A DNA stretch of 64,000 nt from IMG/VR virus record IMGVR_UViG_3300028887_000080, positions 1 through 64,000 of that record. One strand, 5' to 3'. This DNA is from a virus. Taxonomy: Duplodnaviria; Caudoviricetes. A model generated the notes under the pieces. The model was not told the DNA's origin. It saw nothing but the letters and a program-made list of their open reading frames with translations, and did not search any database. Below are positions 9,791 to 19,347 of this stretch, in pieces. How positions within the stretch are numbered: the stretch's first letter is position 1; each line of letters opens with the position of its first letter. The position numbers and the translations under genes were made by a program.

Positions 9791-11329
9791 ATGCTGCTTG
9801 ACTACATACAAATCGGACAAACCATAAGCGTGTCCTATTACGGAAAGGACGGAAAGACGCATATCAAGGACATTCAAATTCCTGACGACCAATTCTTCAA
9901 CTGGAAATACTGTTCCTCCCAAAACAGCAAGGAACGAGACCCGAACAGGGTGAGTTGGGATGACAAGGCGGTGAAGAAAGCGTTTATTCCGTATCAGGAA
10001 ACCTATACTGACAAAACGAGCGGAAAGAAAAGGTCGAGGACTGTCAACAGTCTGTCCATTTTCAGGATTGCCGAAATCATAGACGACCTACCGAAGGACG
10101 AATATGACGAGATTTTCGAGTACAACCTTCCGCGGACATTCTTCGTCGATATTGAAACAGGAATCGACAACGAACTGACGGTGAAGGAGTCTGCGGTGCA
10201 GACAAGGAAACCGATAACTGTAATCGGCATAGCGACGCCTGAAAAGGACGTGATTGTGTTGAGTTCGGAAAAAGACCTTACCGCAAGGGAGAAATCGGAG
10301 ATACAGTTCGATATGGACAACCACACGAAGCATTACGGGGCGAAGTTCAACTTCAGGTTCAAGTGCTTCGGTTCCGAAGTCGCGATGCTGAAATACTTTC
10401 TTGGGAGTATGGTGTCCAAGTTCCCTATGATGACAGGTTGGAACTTCATCGACTTTGACTGGAAGTACATCATCAACCGCTCGACAAAACTCGGTATCAA
10501 AGACCCCGTGAAGTTGGCGTCCCCCATCGGGGAGGCGGTCGGGAAAGACCCGAAGTTCCCCGCACACGTCGGCGTGATTGACTATATGCAGGCGTATGCA
10601 AAGTGGGACACAAGCATACAGCAGAAGGAAAACCTGAAACTCGACCAAGCGGGAAGCGATGTTCTCGGTGTGAAGAAGGTTTCGTATGACGGCACGCTCG
10701 ACGACCTGTACGAAAAGGACTTCAAGAAATATGTCTATTACAATGTGATTGACTGCGCGTTGGTCGCTATGCTGCACGACAAACTCGGTGTTTCGGCAAT
10801 CGGAAACACACTGACCTATATCGCCAAATGCCCGACTATGCGTATGTTCTCCCCTGTGTCCCTTACAGAAAGCATTATGGCGAGGGACTACTATGCGCAG
10901 GGGAAGGTTCTGCCTGTCGTGGAAATGAACTCCGTGCAGCAACCCTATGACGGGGCGTATGTGAAGAAACCCGAAGTCGGGTTCCACATCAACTGTATAT
11001 GCAACGACTTCGCCTCCCTGTACCCGAATATCATCAGAGAGTTGAACTTGAGTCCCGAAACGCTTGTGGAGAAACTTCTGGAAACCGACATAGCGGGCAA
11101 GACAAGACGTCTTGAAGAAGGGTATATCGTGTCGGAGAGCGGTTGCGTGTTCAAACAAGACCCCGGTGTCTTCAGCACGCTTGTCGGTCGTGTCTACAAT
11201 CAGAGAAAGTCGTACAAGAAAACCGCGGTGCAGGCGAGCATCAAGGCGAAACTGCTCGAAGACCTTTTGAAGCGGACAGACCTGACCGACGCTGAAATAG
11301 AGTCGGAGTATGAAAAAATCATAAGTTAG
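9791..11329 (+). CDS. family B DNA polymerase, N-terminal subunit (3'-5' exonuclease + motif A)
   Basis: ExoI FVDIET, ExoII GWNFIDFDWKY, ExoIII YNVIDC, YDGAYV, motif A DFASLYPNII, RKSYKK. Confidence 0.93.
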   Translation: MLLDYIQIGQTISVSYYGKDGKTHIKDIQIPDDQFFNWKYCSSQNSKERDPNRVSWDDKAVKKAFIPYQETYTDKTSGKKRSRTVNSLSIFRIAEIIDDLPKDEYDEIFEYNLPRTFFVDIETGIDNELTVKESAVQTRKPITVIGIATPEKDVIVLSSEKDLTAREKSEIQFDMDNHTKHYGAKFNFRFKCFGSEVAMLKYFLGSMVSKFPMMTGWNFIDFDWKYIINRSTKLGIKDPVKLASPIGEAVGKDPKFPAHVGVIDYMQAYAKWDTSIQQKENLKLDQAGSDVLGVKKVSYDGTLDDLYEKDFKKYVYYNVIDCALVAMLHDKLGVSAIGNTLTYIAKCPTMRMFSPVSLTESIMARDYYAQGKVLPVVEMNSVQQPYDGAYVKKPEVGFHINCICNDFASLYPNIIRELNLSPETLVEKLLETDIAGKTRRLEEGYIVSESGCVFKQDPGVFSTLVGRVYNQRKSYKKTAVQASIKAKLLEDLLKRTDLTDAEIESEYEKIIS

Positions 11330-11403
11330 AAGTTAAAAACGAAAACTTTTTTGTTATATTAAATATATCAACGATATATCAACTTAAATCAAACCAAAAC
11401 AAT

Positions 11404-12207
11404 ATGAAATCTTCCTTTAGAATGAAAGATTGCAGCAAAAGCGCGCTGCAAAACATCATCAAGCAGATGATGATTGTCGACAAGTACATCAACATCCGTA
11501 TCACGGAGAACTTCGTGGATTCTTCCTCCTACCTTCCCGCCCACGACGTCGTGAAGTATATGAGGATTCCGAACAACACTTTGTTCAGCAATCCATACGA
11601 CCTCGACAAACCAATCCGTATGTCGTTCCTGACAGGCACGAAACTCCTTATTCTCTTGAGTCAGTTCGAGAGCGACGAGACCATTGACCTTGATGTGCAT
11701 TATGACGCGCAGACCGACGGTGACGAATACTATGCAATGAAAGTCGTCCTTGTCGGAAAGAACCTTGAAATCACGGAAGTGTGCGCCGACCAACGCTATG
11801 ACAGCATCAACATCAAACCGATTCCCGACGACACAATGGCACGCCTTCTCGACACAAGCGGCAGCGTGCTCGATTTCCGTATCACGAAGGACGACCTCCG
11901 TTCCATCAAGTCACTCGGAACAATCGACAAGGACTGCAAGCGTTTTGAATATGTCGTGAACAACGGCGAGGTTTCAATCCGCGAGCGCAGCGACTATGAC
12001 GTGGAAGACAGCGTCATCTACAACAAGGTCATCACGAATGTTGAGGGTGCTGACGATGAAAAATATCTCTGCAACAAAAACGTGTTCGGCGTGATGAACC
12101 ATTCAGGCGACTATGACGTTCAGGTCTGCATTGGCGAACCTATCAGCAAAGTTGTCTATACGCACAATTCGGACGCGCTTACAATCAACGTAATCGCCTG
12201 TATCTAA
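11404..12207 (+). CDS. probable sliding clamp (gp45/PCNA-like)
   Basis: 267 aa, acidic, beta-rich two-domain pattern, adjacent to polymerase; no decisive motif. Confidence 0.45.
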   Translation: MKSSFRMKDCSKSALQNIIKQMMIVDKYINIRITENFVDSSSYLPAHDVVKYMRIPNNTLFSNPYDLDKPIRMSFLTGTKLLILLSQFESDETIDLDVHYDAQTDGDEYYAMKVVLVGKNLEITEVCADQRYDSINIKPIPDDTMARLLDTSGSVLDFRITKDDLRSIKSLGTIDKDCKRFEYVVNNGEVSIRERSDYDVEDSVIYNKVITNVEGADDEKYLCNKNVFGVMNHSGDYDVQVCIGEPISKVVYTHNSDALTINVIACI

Positions 12208-12212
12208 AAGGT

Positions 12213-12494
12213 ATGATTGCAGTAAACAACTATATCATTGTAAGGAAGGATTCAGATGCACTTATGAAGGGCGGCATAATCTTGCCGTCCTTTCGTGAGC
12301 GCAACGGAGAGGTAGGGTTCCCGTTCAGCGGGGTTGTGGAGTCTGTCGGGGATTTGGTTTCCGACATCCACACAGGCGACCACATTGTGTTTGACGACCT
12401 TTGCAGTCCGTGGGTGATAGACGACGAGGACAACAACAGTCTTATCCTTATAATGAAAGACACCGATATAATTTGCATTTTGAATGGACAGTAA
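12213..12494 (+). CDS. groES: GroES-like co-chaperonin
   Basis: NNYIIVRK..KGGIILP..SGVVESVG..GDHIVFD..LIMKDTDII. Confidence 0.85.
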   Translation: MIAVNNYIIVRKDSDALMKGGIILPSFRERNGEVGFPFSGVVESVGDLVSDIHTGDHIVFDDLCSPWVIDDEDNNSLILIMKDTDIICILNGQ

Positions 12495-14088
12495 TTTTGT
12501 CAAGTATGTTTTGCAACACGGAGGACTTTTGAAAAAACTTCAAATCCCTGTGGAGATGTCGGAGGGACTTGGTTTGTGCAATCCCTCCGTTTTTGTTGAC
12601 GGCGACAGGGTTGTCGCCAACATAAGGAGGGTGAACTATATGCTGCACCTTTCGCCGTCGCACAGATGGAACTCGGCGTTCGGTCCCACGAACTACCACC
12701 ATCCCGACAACGACGTGAACCTGCGTACGGAGAACTATGTCTGCGAACTCGACAGCGACCTCAACATCATAGACGGCAGTGTCAGGCACGTCGACTATTC
12801 CAAATTCAATACCGACGCGAAATGGAGTTTTGTCGGCGAGGAGGACGCGAGGGTTGTGAGATGGGACTGGAAGATGTTCCTTACAGGTTGCCGCCGTGAC
12901 ACCGAAAACACAGGGAAGTCAAGGATGGAATTGAGCGAAATTGACGAAAACGGAGTTGAAGTGTCACGCTCAAGGATACCTGCGCCGTTCAACGACGACG
13001 CCTATTGCGAGAAGAATTGGATGCCTGTCGTCGGCGAACCCTACACCTATGTGAAATGGTGCAACCCGTTGCAGGTTGTGAAATACGACCCTGTTTCAAA
13101 AAAGACCGAAGAGGTTGTGCTGAACAAATACACCATCGAGTGCAAGGGGGAACTCTGCGACCTTCGCGGGAGCAGTCAGGTCATAGATGTGTGCGGGTAC
13201 AGGATTGCCCTTGTGCACGAGGTCAAACTTTGGTACAACCGATACGGTGAACGGGAGGCGAGATACTATAACAGGTTCATTGTTTGGGACGAGTGTTGGA
13301 ACATCGTCACGCTTTCGGACAGGTTTCTGTTTATGGGGTTCCCAATCGAGTTCACAACAGGACTTGCGTACAAGGACGGGATGTTCATAATACCGTTCAG
13401 CGTGCTTGACAACGCCGCGTTTGTCTGCAAAGTGAAAAAGGACGCTATATTCAAATATCTCGGACTTCCCTGCGGAGGTGCGGAAGAGCATTCAGGCGAA
13501 CTGCTCGGAACCGACAAAGACCTGTATGCCTTTGTTATGGACAGCACAAATCCCCACCTTTCATACAACATCGGTCTGCATTATTTTTCGGAAAAGCAGT
13601 GGTGCGGCGCCCACGCGTTTTTTATGCACGCCGCCGAACTGTCCGCGGAGAACAGGGGAATGTTCAGGGACGTGGGGTATGACGCATTTTATATGGCGCA
13701 GAAATGCCTTGAGTTCGCAGGTCGGAGAATCGAGAAAATGATACGCCAATACGCCCAACTGATAGATTGGGATTCCTCAAGGTGCGAGGCGTACTATGAA
13801 CTGTCGAGGGTGAACTACGGCGGCACCGAAAACCGAGGGGACTATTATACCGCACTTGGGTATGCCTCTGTCGTGAGGGACAAGGTTTCTGAAAATATGA
13901 AACTTGTACGGGGTTTTTGGGACGTTCTCCCTGTGAAGAATGTGATGGACAGGTTTCTTATGCAATACTATATATGCTGCTACAGATGCGGCAAGGACTA
14001 TGTCGCCGTCGACGGTCTGAAGAACCTCATCGAAAACGGCAGCAAGGACGTAAGCGACTATATAAAATCACTTGGACTTTCATTATGA
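12484..14088 (+). CDS. five-bladed beta-propeller glycosidase/phosphorylase-like domain + TPR-like C-terminus
   Basis: CNPSV, GEEDARV, CEKNWMP, LRGSSQ, IEFTTGL; helical C-terminus with RCEAYYEL. Confidence 0.7.
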   Translation: MDSNFVKYVLQHGGLLKKLQIPVEMSEGLGLCNPSVFVDGDRVVANIRRVNYMLHLSPSHRWNSAFGPTNYHHPDNDVNLRTENYVCELDSDLNIIDGSVRHVDYSKFNTDAKWSFVGEEDARVVRWDWKMFLTGCRRDTENTGKSRMELSEIDENGVEVSRSRIPAPFNDDAYCEKNWMPVVGEPYTYVKWCNPLQVVKYDPVSKKTEEVVLNKYTIECKGELCDLRGSSQVIDVCGYRIALVHEVKLWYNRYGEREARYYNRFIVWDECWNIVTLSDRFLFMGFPIEFTTGLAYKDGMFIIPFSVLDNAAFVCKVKKDAIFKYLGLPCGGAEEHSGELLGTDKDLYAFVMDSTNPHLSYNIGLHYFSEKQWCGAHAFFMHAAELSAENRGMFRDVGYDAFYMAQKCLEFAGRRIEKMIRQYAQLIDWDSSRCEAYYELSRVNYGGTENRGDYYTALGYASVVRDKVSENMKLVRGFWDVLPVKNVMDRFLMQYYICCYRCGKDYVAVDGLKNLIENGSKDVSDYIKSLGLSL

Positions 14089-15305
14089 TTTCACTTGCAA
14101 AACTTGTTTCGCAGCACGGCGTTGTGAAAATGATTGACACCCACAGCGTGCATAGTCTGAACAACGGCATAACAAACCCCTCCATATTGAAACACAAGGG
14201 AAAGGTTGTTATGAGTTTCCGCTCGCCGAGTTACACCTTCCTGTCGTACAGGTTCCACAACCCAAACGACAGGAACATCGTGTACTATCCTGAAAACAGG
14301 AGCGACATACCCGTTCAGTTCACATCATACAACTATCTATGCGATTTCGACACACAGACGCTTTCTGTCACCGACAGCAGGGATGTGCTGTGCGATTTCG
14401 ACAGGAACGGGGGCGAACTCTACAGAGGGTACGAGGATATGCGACTTTTTTCGGACGGGGACGACCTTATGTGTTCGGCGAGCGTGTTCAAGGATTGGTC
14501 GCATATTGATATGACTGTTGGAAAAGTCTTCGGCGATGGAGTCAGACACAGGTTGAGCATAACAGGCGTTGAGAAGAATTGGATGCCTGTTCTCGGACGA
14601 CCGAATGTGTTTGTCCATACCGTCCCCAATGTTGTGATAGACACGGGCGGCGGCAACGTTTCGTTTGTCCGTGACGGGGACAGTACTATGAAATACAGCG
14701 GTTCCACCCAACTGCATCCATACAAAGATGGTTATATCGGTGTGTGTCATAAAAGGTTCCAACATTCCTGCATAAAGGCGGTTGGTTGGGGGTATTTCCA
14801 CAAGTTCGTTTATTGGAACTCGGAACTTGAAATCGAGGCGGAGTCCGATTGGTTTTCGTTCGCCAATCTTCCGATAGAGTTTACTTGCGGTATACTGATA
14901 GAAGGGAACGACGTCATACTCCCGTTCAGCGTGTTCGACAACGCCTCGTTTGTTATGAAGTTCGACGTTTCGCTTATCGAGAATATGCTGTATGGGACGA
15001 ACATTGTGTCAAGGGACTATGGAACCAATCTCCTGAACGGCGCTTTGCGTATGAACACCGAAGAGAAGGTTTCGGAGGTTGTCTGCTCGCACATATTGCA
15101 TTGTTCCGACAACCCAGCCGCGAAGACCGCCTGTTATGCCTATCTCGCCACGTTTATGCCGCCAAGGACATCAATGGAACTTTATACAAGGTGCCTTTGC
15201 GAGGTGAAGAAAATAGACATACGTCACGGCAACCATTTTCCGCAGGCGTTGGTGGCGCAGGATTCTATAAGAAACCAAATTTCAGTTTTTTTTGAAAACG
15301 AGTGA
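14085..15305 (+). CDS. second beta-propeller glycosidase-like paralog
   Basis: TNPSI, GYEDMRL, EKNWMP, YSGSTQ, IEFTCGI; ATG 14085 overlaps upstream stop. Confidence 0.7.
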   Translation: MISLAKLVSQHGVVKMIDTHSVHSLNNGITNPSILKHKGKVVMSFRSPSYTFLSYRFHNPNDRNIVYYPENRSDIPVQFTSYNYLCDFDTQTLSVTDSRDVLCDFDRNGGELYRGYEDMRLFSDGDDLMCSASVFKDWSHIDMTVGKVFGDGVRHRLSITGVEKNWMPVLGRPNVFVHTVPNVVIDTGGGNVSFVRDGDSTMKYSGSTQLHPYKDGYIGVCHKRFQHSCIKAVGWGYFHKFVYWNSELEIEAESDWFSFANLPIEFTCGILIEGNDVILPFSVFDNASFVMKFDVSLIENMLYGTNIVSRDYGTNLLNGALRMNTEEKVSEVVCSHILHCSDNPAAKTACYAYLATFMPPRTSMELYTRCLCEVKKIDIRHGNHFPQALVAQDSIRNQISVFFENE

Positions 15306-15366
15306 AAACAAAATTTCCATTATATTCAAGAAAAAAAAACAAAAAATATATTAACGATATATCACT

Positions 15367-15915
15367 ATGAAGAAAATAATGAAGTCCAACGAGTTCATCA
15401 AAGAACAGAAGAAAAACTTTTCAATCAAAAAGGACGGCAAGACTTATTGGGTGAGTCGTTCAATCGCGGTTCTCGGTCTTGTCATCGCAGAGAGGGGTGG
15501 TGAACACTATATCCTCGTGAACAAGAGGGGCGACGGTTGCCCTGACTTCAACGGTATGTGGAACATCCCCTGCGGGTATCTCGACTACAACGAGACCACG
15601 AAGGAGGCGGTCTCACGCGAGATTTGGGAGGAGTGCGGTGTCAGAATCGAACCGTCGGCGTTCACCTTGTACAGCATCAACGATGACCCGCACGAAGGTG
15701 AGTCGCAGAATGTCACAATCCGCTATGTGGCGAGGGTTCCTGAAAGCGTTATGGACATTCCGTTGAACAACGGCAATTCGGAAAAGGACGAGGTTGACGG
15801 CATTATGTGGATGAATGTGAACGACATCGAGAACTATGATTGGGCGTTCAACCACCGCTTTTTGCTGCGGAACATCCTGACGAATTTCAATCTTTTTCCG
15901 AGAGTTTCAAAATAA
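15367..15915 (+). CDS. Nudix hydrolase
   Basis: Nudix box PCGYLDYNETTKEAVSREIWEECGV. Confidence 0.92.
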   Translation: MKKIMKSNEFIKEQKKNFSIKKDGKTYWVSRSIAVLGLVIAERGGEHYILVNKRGDGCPDFNGMWNIPCGYLDYNETTKEAVSREIWEECGVRIEPSAFTLYSINDDPHEGESQNVTIRYVARVPESVMDIPLNNGNSEKDEVDGIMWMNVNDIENYDWAFNHRFLLRNILTNFNLFPRVSK

Positions 15916-15983
15916 CGGTTGTGACATAATTGAAAAAAACAGCAACAAGTAGTAAAAAACTCTGCATTTTTTATTATATTCAA

Positions 15984-16020
15984 ATGTGGGGGCATAAGCA
16001 ACCACATACGTTCTTTGAAA
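15984..16020 (+). promoter_or_regulatory. boxB-like hairpin + boxA-like antitermination leader
   Basis: ATGTGG..CCACAT hairpin then GTTCTTTGAAA just after promoter motif at 15967. Confidence 0.5.
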
Positions 16021-16031
16021 AAAGGTCTGAC

Positions 16032-16145
16032 AAGAACCATCACAGCAAACTCAAAATCCATAAAAATCAATTAGTAAGTCTTTGTTTTTGTTTTCGCCCG
16101 CCGAACAATCCCTCAAACCAATGACGGGCACCCGCAGGTTCTTGT
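16032..16145 (+). ncRNA. CAGCAA-family structured RNA (long-loop variant)
   Basis: AAGAACC/GGTTCTTGT stem followed by CACAGCAAAC; extended by AGGTCTGAC/GTCAGACCT. Confidence 0.55.
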
Positions 16146-16218
16146 GGCGTCAGACCTATCGGGGACGCCTTCTGGTGTCCCTTACTGAAAACAATGGGGT
16201 AACACCCAATTACAATAT

Positions 16219-16291
16219 AAAGGCGGTTCAGCAAACCTTTCGTTTTAAGCATCAAACTTTTAATTTGAAATCGCTAAACAGACCGCCTTGT
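16219..16291 (+). ncRNA. CAGCAA-family RNA with Lys(UUU) anticodon stem-loop
   Basis: AAAGGCGGTT-CAGCAAAC...TCAAA-CTTTTAA-TTTGA...GACCGCCTTGT then U-tract. Confidence 0.7.
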
Positions 16292-16326
16292 TTTTTTTTT
16301 TGAAAAACCAATAAAAACAAAGATAT

Positions 16327-16602
16327 ATGGACAACATTAACGGCAAAAACTTAATCCAAAACACGACACCTATCGTATGCGAGGAATGCGGACACAATGT
16401 GTTCACCCCCGCATTTTTCCTACGCAAGGTGAGCAGACTGCTCATCGGCGCACAGGAGGACGGCATTATGCCAATCCAATTCGGGTTTGCCTGTGCCAAG
16501 TGCGGACACATCAACAGCGATTTCAAACCAGAAGGACTTGATGAGAACTCGGAGGGGGAAAAGAAGGATGAGGAAAAGAAGTCCGACCTGATTATTTTGT
16601 AA
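16327..16602 (+). CDS. Zn-ribbon hypothetical protein
   Basis: CEECG...CAKCGH. Confidence 0.75.
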   Translation: MDNINGKNLIQNTTPIVCEECGHNVFTPAFFLRKVSRLLIGAQEDGIMPIQFGFACAKCGHINSDFKPEGLDENSEGEKKDEEKKSDLIIL

Positions 16603-16621
16603 TAACAACAAAAGAAAGATT

Positions 16622-17347
16622 ATGATAAGCAACGAACAATTATCAAAACTCGCGATGCGTCCCGTCCCTTCCGCGACGGCGACCTATTCGCCTATTTCCA
16701 ATTTGGAAATCCACGATACCATCATCGAGGAGGCGGGCAGAAACGGGTTTGAGGTCAACGGCCTTTATGTCAAGACCAAAAGCGGTACAAACTGCATCGC
16801 AATGTATGGTCTGACCGACTTGTTGCAGGAACCGAAAGATTCCGAAATCGGAATCCGTGTGGGTTTCAAGAACAGTTATGACAGAACTATGTCGTTCGGT
16901 TTCGCTCTCGGCAGTGTTGTGTTCATCTGCGGAAACGGTATGGTTTCAGGCGAGTACACCATCAAGAAACGCCACAGTATGCGGGACATCGACACCTATG
17001 CCAAAGAACTCATCCGAGAGTATTTCGGACAGGTCAGGGGTGAGCACGAACGCAACCTGAAATTTATGAAAGACCTGAAGCAGCAGACTGTCACGGAGAA
17101 AATGGCAAAGGAGATTGTCGGCGGACTTTTTATAAATAATCGTGTGATTAACCAATCGCAACTGCGTGAAATGACGCGTCAGATGTATGCGTCGGACAAG
17201 TTCAACAACTTCGGCACTTCAGGTGTCATCAGCGGTTGGGATTTGTACAATCACGGGACAGAGGCACTCAAATCGTCAGCAAATGGAAACTCATTCGCCA
17301 AGCACATCGGATACAATGAATATTTCAGAGAGTTCTTTGGACTCTGA
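16622..17347 (+). CDS. DUF932-like protein
   Basis: TYSPISN, NSYDRTMSF, FICGNGMV, WDLYN..TE. Confidence 0.7.
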   Translation: MISNEQLSKLAMRPVPSATATYSPISNLEIHDTIIEEAGRNGFEVNGLYVKTKSGTNCIAMYGLTDLLQEPKDSEIGIRVGFKNSYDRTMSFGFALGSVVFICGNGMVSGEYTIKKRHSMRDIDTYAKELIREYFGQVRGEHERNLKFMKDLKQQTVTEKMAKEIVGGLFINNRVINQSQLREMTRQMYASDKFNNFGTSGVISGWDLYNHGTEALKSSANGNSFAKHIGYNEYFREFFGL

Positions 17348-17519
17348 AGTTGACGAAGTTGTCGACAGACTTCTGTCGGAAAGGGACGCGAAGAAACGCA
17401 AACTGAAATTCTTCACTGACGGACTTTTCAATTCAGACGGACTTGAAGACGACATTGACTCGAAGTTCAACACGGGCGACGCCGTAGAGAGGGTGGAACC
17501 TGAAATAATCTACATTTAG
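17316..17519 (+). CDS. hypothetical protein
   Basis: fills gap before exonuclease; start uncertain. Confidence 0.4.
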   Translation: MNISESSLDSEVDEVVDRLLSERDAKKRKLKFFTDGLFNSDGLEDDIDSKFNTGDAVERVEPEIIYI

Positions 17520-17520
17520 A

Positions 17521-18672
17521 ATGAAATATACTTTAATAATAGACGGTCATAATTTTCTGTTCAGAAGTCTTTACGTCCTTCCGCAAAAGAAGGGCGTGAA
17601 GATTTTGTCAGACAAAGAGTCGAAGGATATGTTCGTGTCGAAACTTGAACAGAACATAAATGCCGTCCTGCGGGATATGGAACCTGTTATCGACAGGTGC
17701 ATCATCGCCCTTGATTCCCAATCTTGGAGAAAGAGCATAGATTCGGACGTGGACTACAAGGGCACGCGACATCAGGAGGACACCATCGACTGGGGCGGTT
17801 TCTCCGAATGTATGCACACCTTTGTCGACGGTCTTGGGAAGTACAACATAACCGTTTCAAAGACAAAGATGGCGGAGGCGGACGACCTCATCTTCTATTG
17901 GTCGCACCTCCTCAACAACAAGGGAATCCCTGTAATCATCTATTCGAGCGACAAGGATATGTTGCAGATTGTCGGAGTGACGGACAAAAAGACCGACACG
18001 ATACTCTATTCGGACGTGACGAAGAAAATCTATGTCCCTGTGGGGTTTGAGAAACTCGCAAAGAACGATTGCGTCAGTGTATATGACACATTTGTCGCTG
18101 GCGGGATTTACGACATCTACGACCGTTTCGCACATCTGAAAGTGCTTGTAAGCAAGCGCAAACTTGAAATGATTGAGGTCGACGCCGACAGGTTCAGGTT
18201 CGTCAAGGTGCTGACAGGCGACAAGAGCGACAATATATCCTCGATATATTCATACGAGAAAAACGGTCGCACGTTCAATGTCACGGAGGCGAAGGCGGAA
18301 AAGATACTTGAGGATTTCACATCGAAGGTAGGTGCGCTGAACAGCGAATACCTGTATGTGGACGACACCATAGGCGTCCTTGCGGAGTCCTGTTCAAATG
18401 TTCTCAAACTCGAAGGCGAGTGCGACAACCTTGCGAAAAACATCAGACGGAACGTGAAGTATATGATGCTTTCGCTGAACGCGATACCGAACGAGGTCGC
18501 AGACAATATGCTTTCCGACATACGGGAACTTGCGAAAAAGATGAAAAAGGTGGATTTTTCGTCGGTGCATACTGCGCCTGAATCAATCATAAAGAAAACA
18601 GCAGGCATATTCAAGGGCGTTGACGCCTCCGATATGTCGTTTATAAAACCTGACAAAAATTCATTGTTCTGA
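17521..18672 (+). CDS. 5'-3' exonuclease / T4 RNase H-like flap endonuclease
   Basis: IIDGHN, SWRK, YKGTR, EADDLI, SSDKDMLQ, LTGDKSDNI. Confidence 0.9.
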   Translation: MKYTLIIDGHNFLFRSLYVLPQKKGVKILSDKESKDMFVSKLEQNINAVLRDMEPVIDRCIIALDSQSWRKSIDSDVDYKGTRHQEDTIDWGGFSECMHTFVDGLGKYNITVSKTKMAEADDLIFYWSHLLNNKGIPVIIYSSDKDMLQIVGVTDKKTDTILYSDVTKKIYVPVGFEKLAKNDCVSVYDTFVAGGIYDIYDRFAHLKVLVSKRKLEMIEVDADRFRFVKVLTGDKSDNISSIYSYEKNGRTFNVTEAKAEKILEDFTSKVGALNSEYLYVDDTIGVLAESCSNVLKLEGECDNLAKNIRRNVKYMMLSLNAIPNEVADNMLSDIRELAKKMKKVDFSSVHTAPESIIKKTAGIFKGVDASDMSFIKPDKNSLF

Positions 18673-19130
18673 TGGCACAGATAAATTCATCTTTTGACTT
18701 GATAGATTTCATCTTTTCAGCAAGGGACATAATGACTTGGAACTCGATAACCACCTATGAAAAGACGAAGTATGTCTATATGCTGAACCGCACTATGGGC
18801 ATCGGTTTTCCGATGCAGGCGATGATTATGAATATGATTAAGACTGACGCGCTCGGAGTCACGGAAACTTGGCGGATTATCACACAGCGTTTCTATGGAA
18901 ACAAGGTTCCGAGGTTCATTTACACAAAGGCGGAGCGGAATGACAAAAAAAGCAATCCGTTGGTCGGCATCCCGAAAGAGTGCGTTGACTTTTGGTGTGA
19001 AAAACACGAGTGCGGCGACAGGGAATTCTACTCGTTGTTGGAATTGCATCCTGAACCGCTTTTGGAGGAACTGCAATACATCAAGGATAATTTCTATGAA
19101 AAACCAAAGAAAACAGAGGATGATGAATAA
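18672..19130 (+). CDS. possible clamp-loader small subunit (gp62-like)
   Basis: YMLNRTMG..P..A..MN resembles gp62 core. Confidence 0.45.
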   Translation: MAQINSSFDLIDFIFSARDIMTWNSITTYEKTKYVYMLNRTMGIGFPMQAMIMNMIKTDALGVTETWRIITQRFYGNKVPRFIYTKAERNDKKSNPLVGIPKECVDFWCEKHECGDREFYSLLELHPEPLLEELQYIKDNFYEKPKKTEDDE

Positions 19131-19347
19131 GTTTTTCAAATATCTAATATCGCTTGTCATACTGTGTATGCTTATGCTTGTGCGCTCGTTCTTTTGGGCG
19201 TTTGTGTTGCAACTTGTATGGAACGGGGTTGTTGTCGGAAACCAAATCATAGTGTCCAATGAAATCACATATTGGCAGTCCTATCTGATTTGCGCGTTGG
19301 TGTTTTTATCAAAAAGTGTGTTTTATGCAAGAGGTACGGACAAATAA
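19120..19347 (+). CDS. small membrane protein
   Basis: two hydrophobic segments, ITYWQS motif. Confidence 0.6.
   Translation: MMNKFFKYLISLVILCMLMLVRSFFWAFVLQLVWNGVVVGNQIIVSNEITYWQSYLICALVFLSKSVFYARGTDK

Noticed and set aside
8469-11329. Split intein or frameshift explaining the polymerase split
   Set aside because: No C1/His-Asn intein motifs at the ends, and the C-terminal half is upstream, so a frameshift cannot join them.
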